From Lama guanicoe (lineage: Eukaryota), in assembly GCA_013239625.1 (NCBI GenBank), contig MU053410.1, forward strand, positions 84,694 through 148,693: a stretch of DNA of 64,000 nucleotides, written 5' to 3'. The notes under the pieces are model-generated. The model was not told the DNA's origin, did not search any database, and was given only the letters and a program-made list of their open reading frames with translations. Of this stretch, positions 1-12,200 are shown piece by piece. Every line of letters begins with the position of its first letter. The stretch's first letter is position 1. A program made the translations under genes and the position numbers.

Positions 1-181
1 AAGAGGCCTTGGGGACAAAACACTGTCGCCACACGTCACTGTGATCACAGGGCGTATGTATCCCGGAATACACAATCCATAGACAAGGCCAGGAAAGGGT
101 TGTTCGAAAGGAAAATGGTAGTTCCATAGATAATTTCAACACAAAATGACCACTGGAACACAACTGGAAAAAATTCCTTAC

Positions 182-252
182 CTGGGTTTCCTCTGCCTCC
201 TGAGCTGGGAAGGCGGGGCCATTCCTCACTGGGGCGCCACCAGGCCCTGAAG
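182..252 (-). CDS. MIA3-like: Exon [24 protein letters not shown]
   Basis: Strong ctttacag acceptor and gtaagg donor; phase 1 matches exon 1517-1423; positional equivalent of the MIA3 DPGSGTATMMN exon. Confidence 0.7.
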
Positions 253-3200
253 CTGTAAAGGGAGAGCAGCGCTGAAGGCAGATTCTCTCTGACAGAGGCC
301 GTGCGGGGGAAGCACAAGCCCTCCGTGCCCTCCCCCAGGAGCTCCCACTCCCGTCCACGCCCTGGGCTCTGCACAGAGGCCGCGGGTCTCCCTCACGCCT
401 CAGGTGGCCCCGAGGATGAGGGGAGACTGGACCCCTGACCCGTGACTAGGACACCACAGAGCCCTGCTTCAGGTGTTTTCATAGCTAATCACCCTGGATG
501 GGGGCTCAGGGCTCAGATCCCTGGCAACCGGCACTGACACAGGGGACTCACAGCACAGTTCAGGGAAAATCAGTCTGTACACAGGTTACACATTAAAGAA
601 GAGTCTTTCATAGGAAAAGTATCAACAACCCCTGACCGTGAGCTCCACCTTTTCCTCCTTGGCCTGTTGGTAAACTGCTAAAAGCCTTCTGTCTGACAGG
701 ACATGTCTTGTATAAGTGACCAGATGTCATGTAAACATTTATGAAAGAAGCGGCCTCAATGACTTATGTTGTAATAATCGGCAAAAGAATGGTGAGTTAC
801 ATGGAGAAGCTGGTGGAAGACTTTAGAGTTACACGTTAACTCTGGGAGAGGGAGGCTACGTAGTCATGTCACTCACTAAACTGGCTACTCTAGGTCACTG
901 TGCAAGGTTTTTTATAAGAACGAAGGGACCTGCAAATTTAGTGAAGAAATGCCTGCTGCCTTAAAGCAGGTCTTGAATAGAATATTTATCCACCAAGGCA
1001 AATGAAGAAAAATGTTTTTCTCTTTATGACATACTGCTTTCATTCTAAAACGTCGTCCATGTTATTTTCCTGAAATGAGAAGAAAATTCAGCCTTCAACA
1101 CCATGTCCAGGCGGGAAGAGGGGGCTGAGGCTCACATCTTCTAGCGCACAGAAACCAGCCACGCCAGCCAACCAAGAGCCTGGGGGGCGGCCCGCAGTCC
1201 CTGGAGGGGCGTGAGCTCCACCACTCACAGGGGACAGAGCCCTGCTGGCTGGTGGCATGTGAAGAAAACAGCATCTTGTCACCCAGCTGTGAACCTGTTC
1301 CCTGCAGTGAGTGTGTGGTGTGGTGTCCAGGAAACCCGACGACTACCCACAGGGACAAGTAGCCCACTGGGCGGCTCCTGCTGCAGAAATGGAGCTGCCG
1401 CACTTCACAGTGCGCTCCTTACCTCTCAGGGGAGGGTGCAGCCTGTGTGGTCCTCCTGGGGTGGGCTCCTGCCTCATGTATTCCTCTACCTGCCTCCGTC
1501 TGCAGGTTGCATCCAATCTTAAAGATAAAGAATGGCTTCAATACAAATTACACCACCAATTCCTCTACTAGGTACAAAACCACCAGTCCTTAAAAATCTC
1601 AAAACTTTACTCATAAAAATTCTGTACCTCTGTTTCAGGTGGGCAACTTCCCTTTGCAACTCATCGTCTTCCCTCCTCAGCTCAGAATTTTCCCTTCTGA
1701 GCTGAGAATTTTCTCTTCTGAGCTGAGAATTTTCCCTTCTTAGCTCAGAGTTTTCCCTCTCCAGCTCCTGAGCCCTGAGCTGTGGGAGAAAAACACATCC
1801 ATGTTCAGTTGTGGCCGACTGTGCACAAAGGGAAGGAAGGAAACAAATTCTTACCAAGCTGTCTTGGGCCTCCTTCTCGGCAAGAGCAACCTGAAAAAGT
1901 CAACACATCAAGAAACACCCCATGGCAAGGGGTTCTCAGGGCCACAGTAACCGTCTGCATCAGGTGCTGAGGACTCGGTGTGTCAGGAGGAAGGCAGGTT
2001 ACCTGGTGTCTCCAAGTGATCTCTGCTTCCCGCATTTGCCCGTGACATTCTTCAAGCCTTAGCCTATGAGTTACAAATTGTTCCATAAGAGAAGACACAA
2101 TGCTGGGTATGCTGTTAAATAACCTGCCCCAGCCCACGTTATATGCACTGCACACTCACACACATCATCTCACCGCTCACGGCACACTGCACACGGCTGC
2201 AGAAGCACAGCAGGTACAAAACTGTCGCCGCAGCCACCCCTCCCGTCACTGTCACTGAACGCCTGCCGGGTCCTGTGCGGACAGGACACAGTTCCCCCTC
2301 CCGTTCTCAGCATTTCCCTCACGTGTCCTGTGCTGAGCATCTTTCATCACAAAGCTTGATTCCTCCTTTCCTTACATCCTGACCCTACTTCTTACAAGTG
2401 GGTCTCCCCAGCGGCACGGGCATGTCTACTGGTGCGACTGACACTATACCAAACTGCTGTCCTCAGGGTGAGAACGGTTTATAGCACCTTCAGAAACATC
2501 TCTGTGAACCGTCCTTCCACTCAGTCTGGCCAGCACTGGGGACCAGGAAATTCTTAGTAACTTAATACTTTTTAAAGTTAAACCTTTAACTTAACATGTG
2601 TAAAACTTAACACTTTTTCTTCTGTGTGAAGCATGTATACAAATGTCTTTTGTTTGGGTCTGTGTATGATACTGCGTCTAAACATTTTAGAAAAGTTTTC
2701 AAAAAATCCAACAGGGGTTTTCAGAGCCGCGGGTGTGGAGGAGCTGAACTCACTTGTACAGTTGTGTCTTCTCTTCAGCCAACTTCGCCCTCTCGTCTGC
2801 TGCCAACAGCTGCTGCTTTCCCACCAGCTCACATCCGTTCATGTCCACCTTCCTGAGAGGGGAAAGAAACTCTGTGAAATTCTGCCAGTTTCCCTCCCAG
2901 AAATTGGAAGGGAAGAATTCAATGTTCCTTCTGCCCTTCCCCATAAATGCTCAGACTGACAGATACAGAAGAAAAAATTAAAGGCCCCCACTAGTAGATA
3001 TGAAAACATGACACTTGGGCCTCTGGCAAGTGTTTGGTATCTGGGCTTCCCTTCAGCGCCCCCATCCCTACTCATTTGTGCATAAAGTAAACACACATGA
3101 AAAGCCCACGTAAGATGCGCTCTGTGCCCCGCACCCCAGGCTCAGGCTCCTGTGACGGGGACAGCGCGAGCTCATTGTGTTTCAACGTGGGAATCAGGGT

Positions 3201-6200
3201 CTGACCAAGTCATCACAACCAAACACATTAGGGTAAAGCAAGCGTTCATGACTTGTTTGATTTCTCCCACAGAGAACCCTGATTTCAATCAAAGCCTGGG
3301 GCAAAACCTGATCCTTTAGAAAATATAAGGAAACGTATGTTTTTGAAAGCAGGTTAATGGGTGTGATGTCCATGACCTCCTCTTGAGAATGACAGGAAAC
3401 TCTGGACAAATTATGAAATCCGTGATTGAATGTACCAAATTGCTAACAAGCCAGGAAGGAACATGAGGCCAAGATGGAGAAAAAGGAAGCCCAGGACTGG
3501 GTCCACCTTCCCCGGGGGTCACCCGGTAACTGCAGAGGAAACCACTGAGATGCAGAGCAGCCCAGCAGCTGGTGCCCCCCACGCACGGGCACCGCAGTCA
3601 GACAGCTGGAGCTCACGGCCCGTCAGCGAAGGCCTTAGCTGGGATCCACGAGAGCTACGTGCCAGGAACAAAGGTGGACAGGAGACACACGGGCCTCAGG
3701 AGGGCTGGCTGCACTGACTGATCTCAGCTGCTAACTGGATTAACAGGATGCAGCGCCGCTGGCGCCCTGACCACCTGCCAGCTGTAATGCCCACCTTCTC
3801 TGCAGCAAGTTAATCTCACACTAGGCCTCAAATTTTCTCTATTTTCTACCCAATGTCTAGAGTTTAATAAAAATGATAGACACATGGCAGGTTATGACAC
3901 TTTGATGTGGTTGAAACCTAAGGACAATAAAAATGGACCTGGGGGATCCGGATAATGAAGTGACTAAATCTGGTCCAAGAACCCGCTAAAATCTCACACT
4001 AAATACAAACAAGACTCTGGTAACCAGTTAGAATGAACAGAAGTAGCAGATTACAGAAATCAAGGTCAAAAAATAAATCCACATCTGTACTGATTGAATA
4101 CGGTAAAGAAAATATGGTGGTAAGTATTCTGAAACATATTACAACATCCACATAACTCCACACACTCATTCATACATTGTCATAATTAACACAGGAACGT
4201 CTTACCCTCCAGTGTCCATATTTCTCTGTCCACCGATTTCATCAAGGACGCGTACTTTCTTCACGTATTTTTGGAAATTGTCTTCCTCACCTTCTTTCAG
4301 AGATCCCGATGCAGCATGGTGATCTTGCATTTTCTTTTTACCCTCTATAAACATAAAACAACTGGGTTTGTGTGTGCACATGTGCACTCAAGAGCTTGAC
4401 TGTGCTGGGGAGTGGAGAAAGGAGAGAATCCTGAAGGCAGAAACCCACTTTTTACCTTCCCAGTGCAAATTAATTGCTATTACAGGCATGTTTCATTTTA
4501 TTGCCCTCCCCAGTAATGTATATTTTTAAATAATTGAAGATTTGTAACAACCCTGAGTCCAGCAATTCTATTGGTGACATTTTTTCTGACAGCATTTGCT
4601 CATTTCTTATCTCTGTGTCACATTTTGGTAGTTCCTGAAATATTTCATTCTTTATCATTTTAATTAAAACAGGCATGACATTCCTTTAAGGCAAAGCCTA
4701 ACCCAGTGGAAGCCCCTAATTCTCAGCAATTCTGTAAACCCTGAGAGACGTGAAGAGGCTTCAGAAGAAAAGTGTGAAGCCAGCAGGGGTTGGCCCATGA
4801 AGTTTAAGGCAAGATTCCATCTCCACTGCATACCTGTGCAAGGTAAGGCAGAAGAGCTGACCCAGAAGCTGCTTAGGAGATGAAGCTGAGACAGCTAATG
4901 AAGGTGTCTGCACTAAACAACAGGTTTTCAATGCAGAGACCTGCAAGGGGAGGCCACCCAGCGCTGTCACAGCTGGAGAGAAGTCAGCGCCCAGCATCAA
5001 GGCTTCAATGGACAGGCTGACTTCCTGTGAGGGGCTAACGAAGCCAATGCTGATTTAACATTCTGAAAATCCTCTGTCCTTTGAGAATCATGGGAAATCT
5101 ACTCTGTGCTCTATAAATGGAACAAAGCCTGGATGACAGCACATATATTTACAACATGAGTATTTAAGTCCACCGTTGAGAGCTACTGCTCAGGGGAAAA
5201 AAAAGTAAACCAAAAAAACATTTATTTCAAAATATTACTGCTCATGGACAATGCACCAGTCACCCAGGAGCTCTGATGGAGATGCATGAGATGAATGCTG
5301 TTTCCATCCTTAACACGATGTCCATTCTGCAGCCCGTGGATCAGAAGTAGTTATGACTTTTAAGTCTCATTATTTAAGAAATACATTTTGGGGGGCTTTA
5401 GCTGCCACAGATACTGATACCACTGATGGGTCTGGGCAATTAAATGAAAACTTTCTGGAAAGTATTCACCATTTTAGAGCCCATTAAGAACATTCATGAT
5501 TCATGGGAAGTGAAAATATCAACATGAACCAAGGTTTGGTAAGAACTGATTCCAATCCTGATGCATGACTTTGATGGGCTCAAGACTTCAGTGCAGGAAG
5601 GAACTGCAGATGTGCTGAAAACAGCAAGAAAACTAGAGTTACAAGTGGAGCCTGAAGACATGACTGAATGGCTGCAACCTCATGATAAAATGTGCACAAA
5701 TGAGGAGCTGCTACTTATGGACGAGCAAAGAAATTGTTTTCTTGAGATGGAATCTACTGGTGAAGAAGCTGTGAAGAAGGGCGCATGAACTTATAGCTGA
5801 GAAACTACTGCAGGGTTTGAGAGGGCTGACTCCAATTTGGAAAGAAGTTCTCCTGTGTGTAAAATGTATCAAACAGCACTGTCTGCTACAGAGGACTTGT
5901 TCCTGAAAGGGAGAGTTACCCTGTGACAAATTTCACTGTGGTCTTATGTTAAGAAGTTTCAAAAGCCACACCAGTCTTCAGCAACCGCCACAATGATCGG
6001 TCAGCAGCCACCAACATCAGTTCCAGACCATCCACCAACGAAAAGACAACACCTCACTGAAGGCTCCGATGGTGGATAGTAGTTTTTAGTAAGCAAGTAT
6101 ATTTTCATCAAGTTATGACCATGGGGGTTTTTAGACACAGTGGTACTGCTCACTTAATAGACTACAGTGTAGTGTAAACATAACTGTTATATGCACTGGA

Positions 6201-9200
6201 AAGCCAAAAAAAAAATCATTTCACTCTCTTTACTATGATACTTGTTTTATTCTAGGGGTCTAGAACTGAAGCCACAACATCTCCTAGGAAGCCTGCATAT
6301 GAGGTTTTCTTCCCAACAAGCTACATACCTTCCAGGTTGCATTCCTCAGTCGTCATGGCTCTCTGCATAGAACCCTCAGATCTGGTCTTCAAAATGCCTG
6401 GCTGCAAGACAGATGTGAGAAAAGACGTTCAGGAAGTACTGATGCCAAGTAACGTGAATGTACATAACACGAGAGGATCATACACTTGGAAACAGCTAAG
6501 ACGGGTCATCTGCTTTACGTGCGTTACAGCACAGACACCGACACAGTGACGTTCAGCTCTCTGATGTAAGCATCTCTGGGGTGAGGAATGTTTCTTACCC
6601 TCTTCTTGCTGCTGAGCTGGACATCCTACTGCACACACACTTCTTCAGATTTCACTGTGACTTCATGGACATGAGCTTTTATTAAGAGCAATTTCAACCT
6701 AAAACAACTTTCCCACTGATGACTAAATTCCCAAGAAAAATAATCCGAAAAGACATCAACATTTAATCTTCTAAGACGTGAAATTGTTGTTCCTTATGAA
6801 AGCTAATGTGTACAGTGGAAATCCTGCCGCTAATGGAGGCATTTCCCTTTGAAATTCCTGAAGTGTTCATTGAAATAGCATCTTTCAAGGTCTCTGGAGA
6901 TGTTCCTTTTTCCAGTATCTTCACACAGGACAGAAACAAAGCATGTACTAAGATTTCAATGAAAACTCAGGGTGATATGCTTAAAAAGTGTAACTTTTTT
7001 TTTCAAAAACAAATTATTTTGCTAAGTGCATAACAAACCATAGAAAATAAATATATTAGCTCTGGTACATGTCCCAAGACTTTGGTGAGCAGTCTCTCTG
7101 GAAGGCAGTGAAATGATTCTGAACATACACATTTTGAAAAGGAAAGAAAGCAAGTGTCATACATCCCCTTACACATGCTTGAAAGCATCTGGGACTTCGC
7201 ATGAATCTCAGTGTGGGGTCAAAGACAGTGTCTGCTCCATTTGAGAGTTTACAGCAGACAAGGTCTCTTCAAGTTCTAGCACTGGGAGTCCTAGCAGCTC
7301 GTTCTGACCCTTTGTGTCTTGCATTTCCTTTTTCAGCTGGTCCTCTTCCATTGTCAGCCTGTCAATCTCTTCCAGCAAGTCTTGGGTTTGTTCTGATGGG
7401 CAGCTGCTTTTCTTCAATCCATTTGGAATCCTGTCCCTTCTCAGCCAGGACCCACAGCCACCCCTAAGTTTCCTGTGATGGCAGCTGATCCAGGCTGGGC
7501 CCAGGACAAATGTCAAGCCCACGAAGACATGCAGAACAAAGACCTCCAGGCACAGATACTCCTTAGCCTCCACAGACTTCCTCCTCACTGGACAATGGAA
7601 GACATGACTTGTTGACAAGGGGAAGCAAGGGTGGGAAACTGCTTATGTCAAAGAGCTCACAAATGAGTGTTCCCAGTGGAATATAAAGTTTTCCCAAATT
7701 CACATGGAAAATTCTCTCTTTAACATAAACAGGGCAAAGGGCTGTGCACCTCGGCTAGATAACTTCCTTCACCTCTCAGGTGTTTCCTGGCATTTTCTAT
7801 GTATCTTGGAGGGCAGTGTGAGTGGCGAGAAAACTCCCTAGGTTGTAGAAATAAGACCTATTTCCTAGTCTCTGAAGTTAAAAAGTCATGGAAGTTTATC
7901 TAGTCCGTGAAATTCTGGGTCGTTGTTCACAGGCAGTTTCCGCTCCCGGGCTCCCACACTCTGCTGTGGCCAAAAGCAGGAGGAGCTGCAGTGCTCAGCT
8001 TGCCCAGTGCACAAAAAGCCTCAGAAGCCCAGTTACAGTCAGCGTAGCAGCCAAGCTCTTACCGAGTGCGGACGCTTGGCCTTCTGGTCCCTTGCTGCCT
8101 GCAGCCTAGCTGGAACACTTTGAATGAAGCCATTCAAACAGTCATTAACCCTCTCCATGGTTTGTATGTACTCCTTCAACAGAGCGTACTGCATCAGTAA
8201 CAGTTACTCATTATTTTCATTTCTGCTTTCAGAATATAACCCAGGAAAAGAAGAGGCTCATACTTTAAACTTCAGTGTTTCCTCAGAGAGCATCTTCTTT
8301 TGCCTAATGGTCTTCCCTAAGCATTTCTTTGTATCATTGGTCTATGCAAATATGTAATAAAGGAAACAGAATTACAAATACTAATTACACTGCTAGCCGA
8401 ACCTATCTTGTGTGTGACCCCTTCCACTAATACAGAAAGTGGTGCTGTACATATATGACACTTGCTTTGTTTATTTCTTTAGGAAGTATAGTCAGTTATG
8501 ATATGCCAGTTTCTGGTGTACAGCATCATGTTTCACTCACACATGTATATACCTCTATTTGTCTTCACATTCTTTTTCATCATAGGTTACTACAAGATAT
8601 CAAGTAGAGTTCCCTGTGCTCTACAGAAGAAACTTGTTTTTTTTATCTAGGACACTTGCTGTGAATCTAGACCCCTTATAGAACATATCCATATGGACAG
8701 CAGGATGAAAGAAAAGAGAGCCAAAGAACTGAACTACCAGAGGGGGAAGGAACTGAAGGTGAAATCACAAAAAATATCAAAAGGACAATAATACCTTCGG
8801 CTCCCAAGCTGATAGATTTTCCTCAAGTTTTCTGTTTTCTTTCTCAACAGTCTTGATCTTCTCAGTTATCTGCTTTAAAGTAACTAAAAGGAGACAAATC
8901 AAGTTCTCATATTGGTAGGAAAACCCAGTAGAATCGAATTATCCCAATTAGCAGCAGAAACGTATCTGGCTGGCACTATGCGTGTAATTAACTTCTTAGC
9001 TTTAGTGTGGTCTCCCCTTGGCTGTGACACACATGCCTGGCTGCATCTGCATCCTTCCCTCAGTCTGAAGAGTCCTGACAGGCTGAAGCAGTGTTTCAGT
9101 GTCTTTCCTTTTCACCAAGGACCAGGTCAGGTCAGGTACTCACTCCAAACATTAGGCTCTTCTCTTCACCTGCTTCCTAAAGGTTTCTATGCAAAATTAA

Positions 9201-12200
9201 ACTCATCCTAGTCTCCCTACTCCTCAGACTCTCCTGGTCTCTTATCTCAATAGATGCCAACTTCCTCTATGGTGTCATTTAGACACCATCCCAGACACCA
9301 TCCCAGGAGTAAAATTTTCAAGAGTTAAGAAGTCTGACATTAGAAGTCATTGTGTTTACTCTTAGTTGAATTAAAACCCACATCAAATCCTGATACTGAG
9401 AAAACATTACAAAGAAAAGTAGACCCTAGTATCTTACCTTGATACACTGGAGGCTTTACCTAGGAGAGGAAGAAACATTAAATTTGATGTCAAACTATAT
9501 AATTAGTAAATACATAGTTTCTAGTAAACTAGCAAAACAGTAATCCATTGAATTTACAATTATCATTTTTGTTCAGCATTAACAATTCATATGATTAAAA
9601 ATCAGGAAAAATCAGCATTTCCTACTTAAGGCAGGATCTTTCACTCACCATTTCTGATAGCACAATGGTAAATATCTTATTCTAGAACAAAAGATCTGTT
9701 AAAATTCTATTACACACCAATCTAATTTTCATAATGCATATTTATGTTTGATAACACTGAACTATTTTATTTTCATAATATGTTGTTGTAAATACACCAA
9801 CGCATCATTTATCTGATTTGTTTTTCTTTTGTCAAACTAAATATCCACACTGAAGTCCAGAACCTGGACTGTTGTATAACCTTCGAGAGAGGAGAAACTA
9901 CAAGAAAAATAAAGGCAAAGTCTTTACACTAAGATACACCCCTTCATTCAATGAAAGCTTTCCTGAAATCGTATACAGAGTTGACTGTTGAATCGATAAG
10001 CAATTGTAACATACAAGATCATAAGAGATTTGTCAAGAACACTAAAAACAAATGGACATCAAATGAGACATGAGACGAGAATGAAAGTGAGCAACGGCAG
10101 TAGTAAAAGCAAAAGCAGCAGCAGGACAGACAGCGACCATTGTCAAGAAGCAGGAAGTGCTTCCTGACTCAGACACGACTCATCATCTGAGGAATTACAG
10201 CTCAGTAAGATCCAGGCAGGACTCCACTGTAATACCATGTAAAGACACATTTTCCTGACCCTTAAAACATATTTCTTCATTCAAAACTTTAAGTGATGAT
10301 CAGAGACTGAGGCCAGCCCCTAACCTTGCCAAGATATTGGAGTATCATCACAGTGTCGAAAATTCAGTGGCAATAACGTGGTTATGGAAGAATGCATCCA
10401 TGGGGGGCAAACAAAATCGCAATGTTCCCTTAACTTCACACGTCACTCAGGGAACACTGAGCCTCCCTGTCCCTTGTCACCCAACACACAGGCAGGGGCA
10501 GGTGGGGAGAGATGGGCTCACCAAATACTTAATATTTTTGTTTCATTACTGAAGAAAAGGGTTTATAAATTGTCATTTTCTCATTACTACTTCTTATATT
10601 GTTGTCTTGCTCACTGAGTTCTTACTATAAAGATAGCATTTTGCAACAAATTTCCACTTCAATACTAATTTCTGTTCAAGTTAGTAATCTACAAGGAAAC
10701 AAAGAAGAGGGTTGGACTCCTGGATTCTGGCCCAGGCAGGCAAATAAAATGTCCAGTGACTATAAAACTTCCTGTTAGGTGTGATTAAAAGGACACTGTC
10801 AGGTACTTTAGTAATACTCACAGCGAGGATGGTCCTCCAGATGAAAACGAGAAAATCAAAAACTCCCCAGAAGGCAGCAACAACAATAATAACCTTCCAC
10901 AGAATTCCATAAACATCAGGCCCAGAATGGAAAAGGGCAGACAGAGCGTGGATGACCTGAAATAATATTGGAGATAATGAGGAACCTCAAAGACATTCAT
11001 AGTCTATCTGTCACAGAGAACCATCTTGAGAAACCCTCAACCACACCCTCAAGTAGCTCCTCAGAGAGGACAGAAGGGACACGAGTTCAAAAGGAGCAGG
11101 AGGACGCTCTTGGGAGTGTAGGTGTGTTTGCTGCCTTTGTTTGGTGGTAGTTTCATTGCTGTGTACACGTGTCAAGTATCAATAAACTGTATTCACTGGT
11201 GCTGATATTACATGTAAATACACCACACTAAAGCTGTAGAGAAAAGCCTGATCTACAAAATGTTAGAGATTTGACTTTGCTGACATACATTGCAAATATT
11301 TTAAAAATAGTTAACAGAACTCAACTTATGAATGTAGAAGCCAACTTGAAATTGAAAATCAGCACACACAAACCTACAGGGCATGGGAAGCCTACATTTC
11401 TATTATATGTTCATGAAGTACCTGGATAAATCCCTATGAAGTATCGCCAAAAATACACCCAAAGTGTATAGAAAAATAGCAATGAAAATACGTGTTAAAA
11501 TACAGAGAGATATACAGAGATGTATTTGTATGTTTATAGATTGGACATGAGTGAGAAAGCAGACTTGCTCTCATAATAATGGCAAAATTACTATTCCAGC
11601 AAAAATTAATGATTTATTTTAGCTCAATTTTCTAAAAACTATGAAGGTTTTCTTTCAATGTTCACTTTGATTCTGAACCAGAGCACGTAATGTCAGACTT
11701 CTGAAATAAATAAGGATTTGTATAATTGATAATCTTGTATAATGTGATTAAAACTGTAAGAATGAAGTTGCATAAAAACAGAATTCAAAATAATCAGTAC
11801 AAATAACTGACATGCATATTTCACAGTACTGCACCTACGTCCATTAACAGCCACCATGAAAATTAATTTGTATTTCTGGAATGTATGGTCACCAAAACAA
11901 AAGGCAAACACATAGTTTTGCAAAAACTTGATTTCTAAGTATTGTAGGAGGAGATAAATGCACAATGTAATTTGTATGACTCTAGACACCAAGCTTCCGT
12001 TTTGTGCAAATAAAACCTCTCTAGAAAGCAGCCTCTGAAGTCGGTAACGTCATTGTCAGCTGCTCTCACAGTTGAGGTCAGTAAAGTGTGTGCTAGTGCG
12101 AAACATGCAGTCTTTCAGTAGCCGCTGTCTGAGAGCAGTGGGTCTCAGCACAAAGGACAGACATGCAGATCAAAGGCACAAAGAGACAAACAGCATCTAG

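Noticed and set aside
1655..1762. CRISPR-like array (also 23502-23558)
   Set aside because: Head-to-tail tandem repeats without spacers, in a mammalian context with no cas genes.
7208..7618. 136-aa coiled-coil ORF as an exon of the MIA3-like gene
   Set aside because: It is the middle frame of a frameshifted JAKMIP1 retrocopy and lacks clear splice sites.
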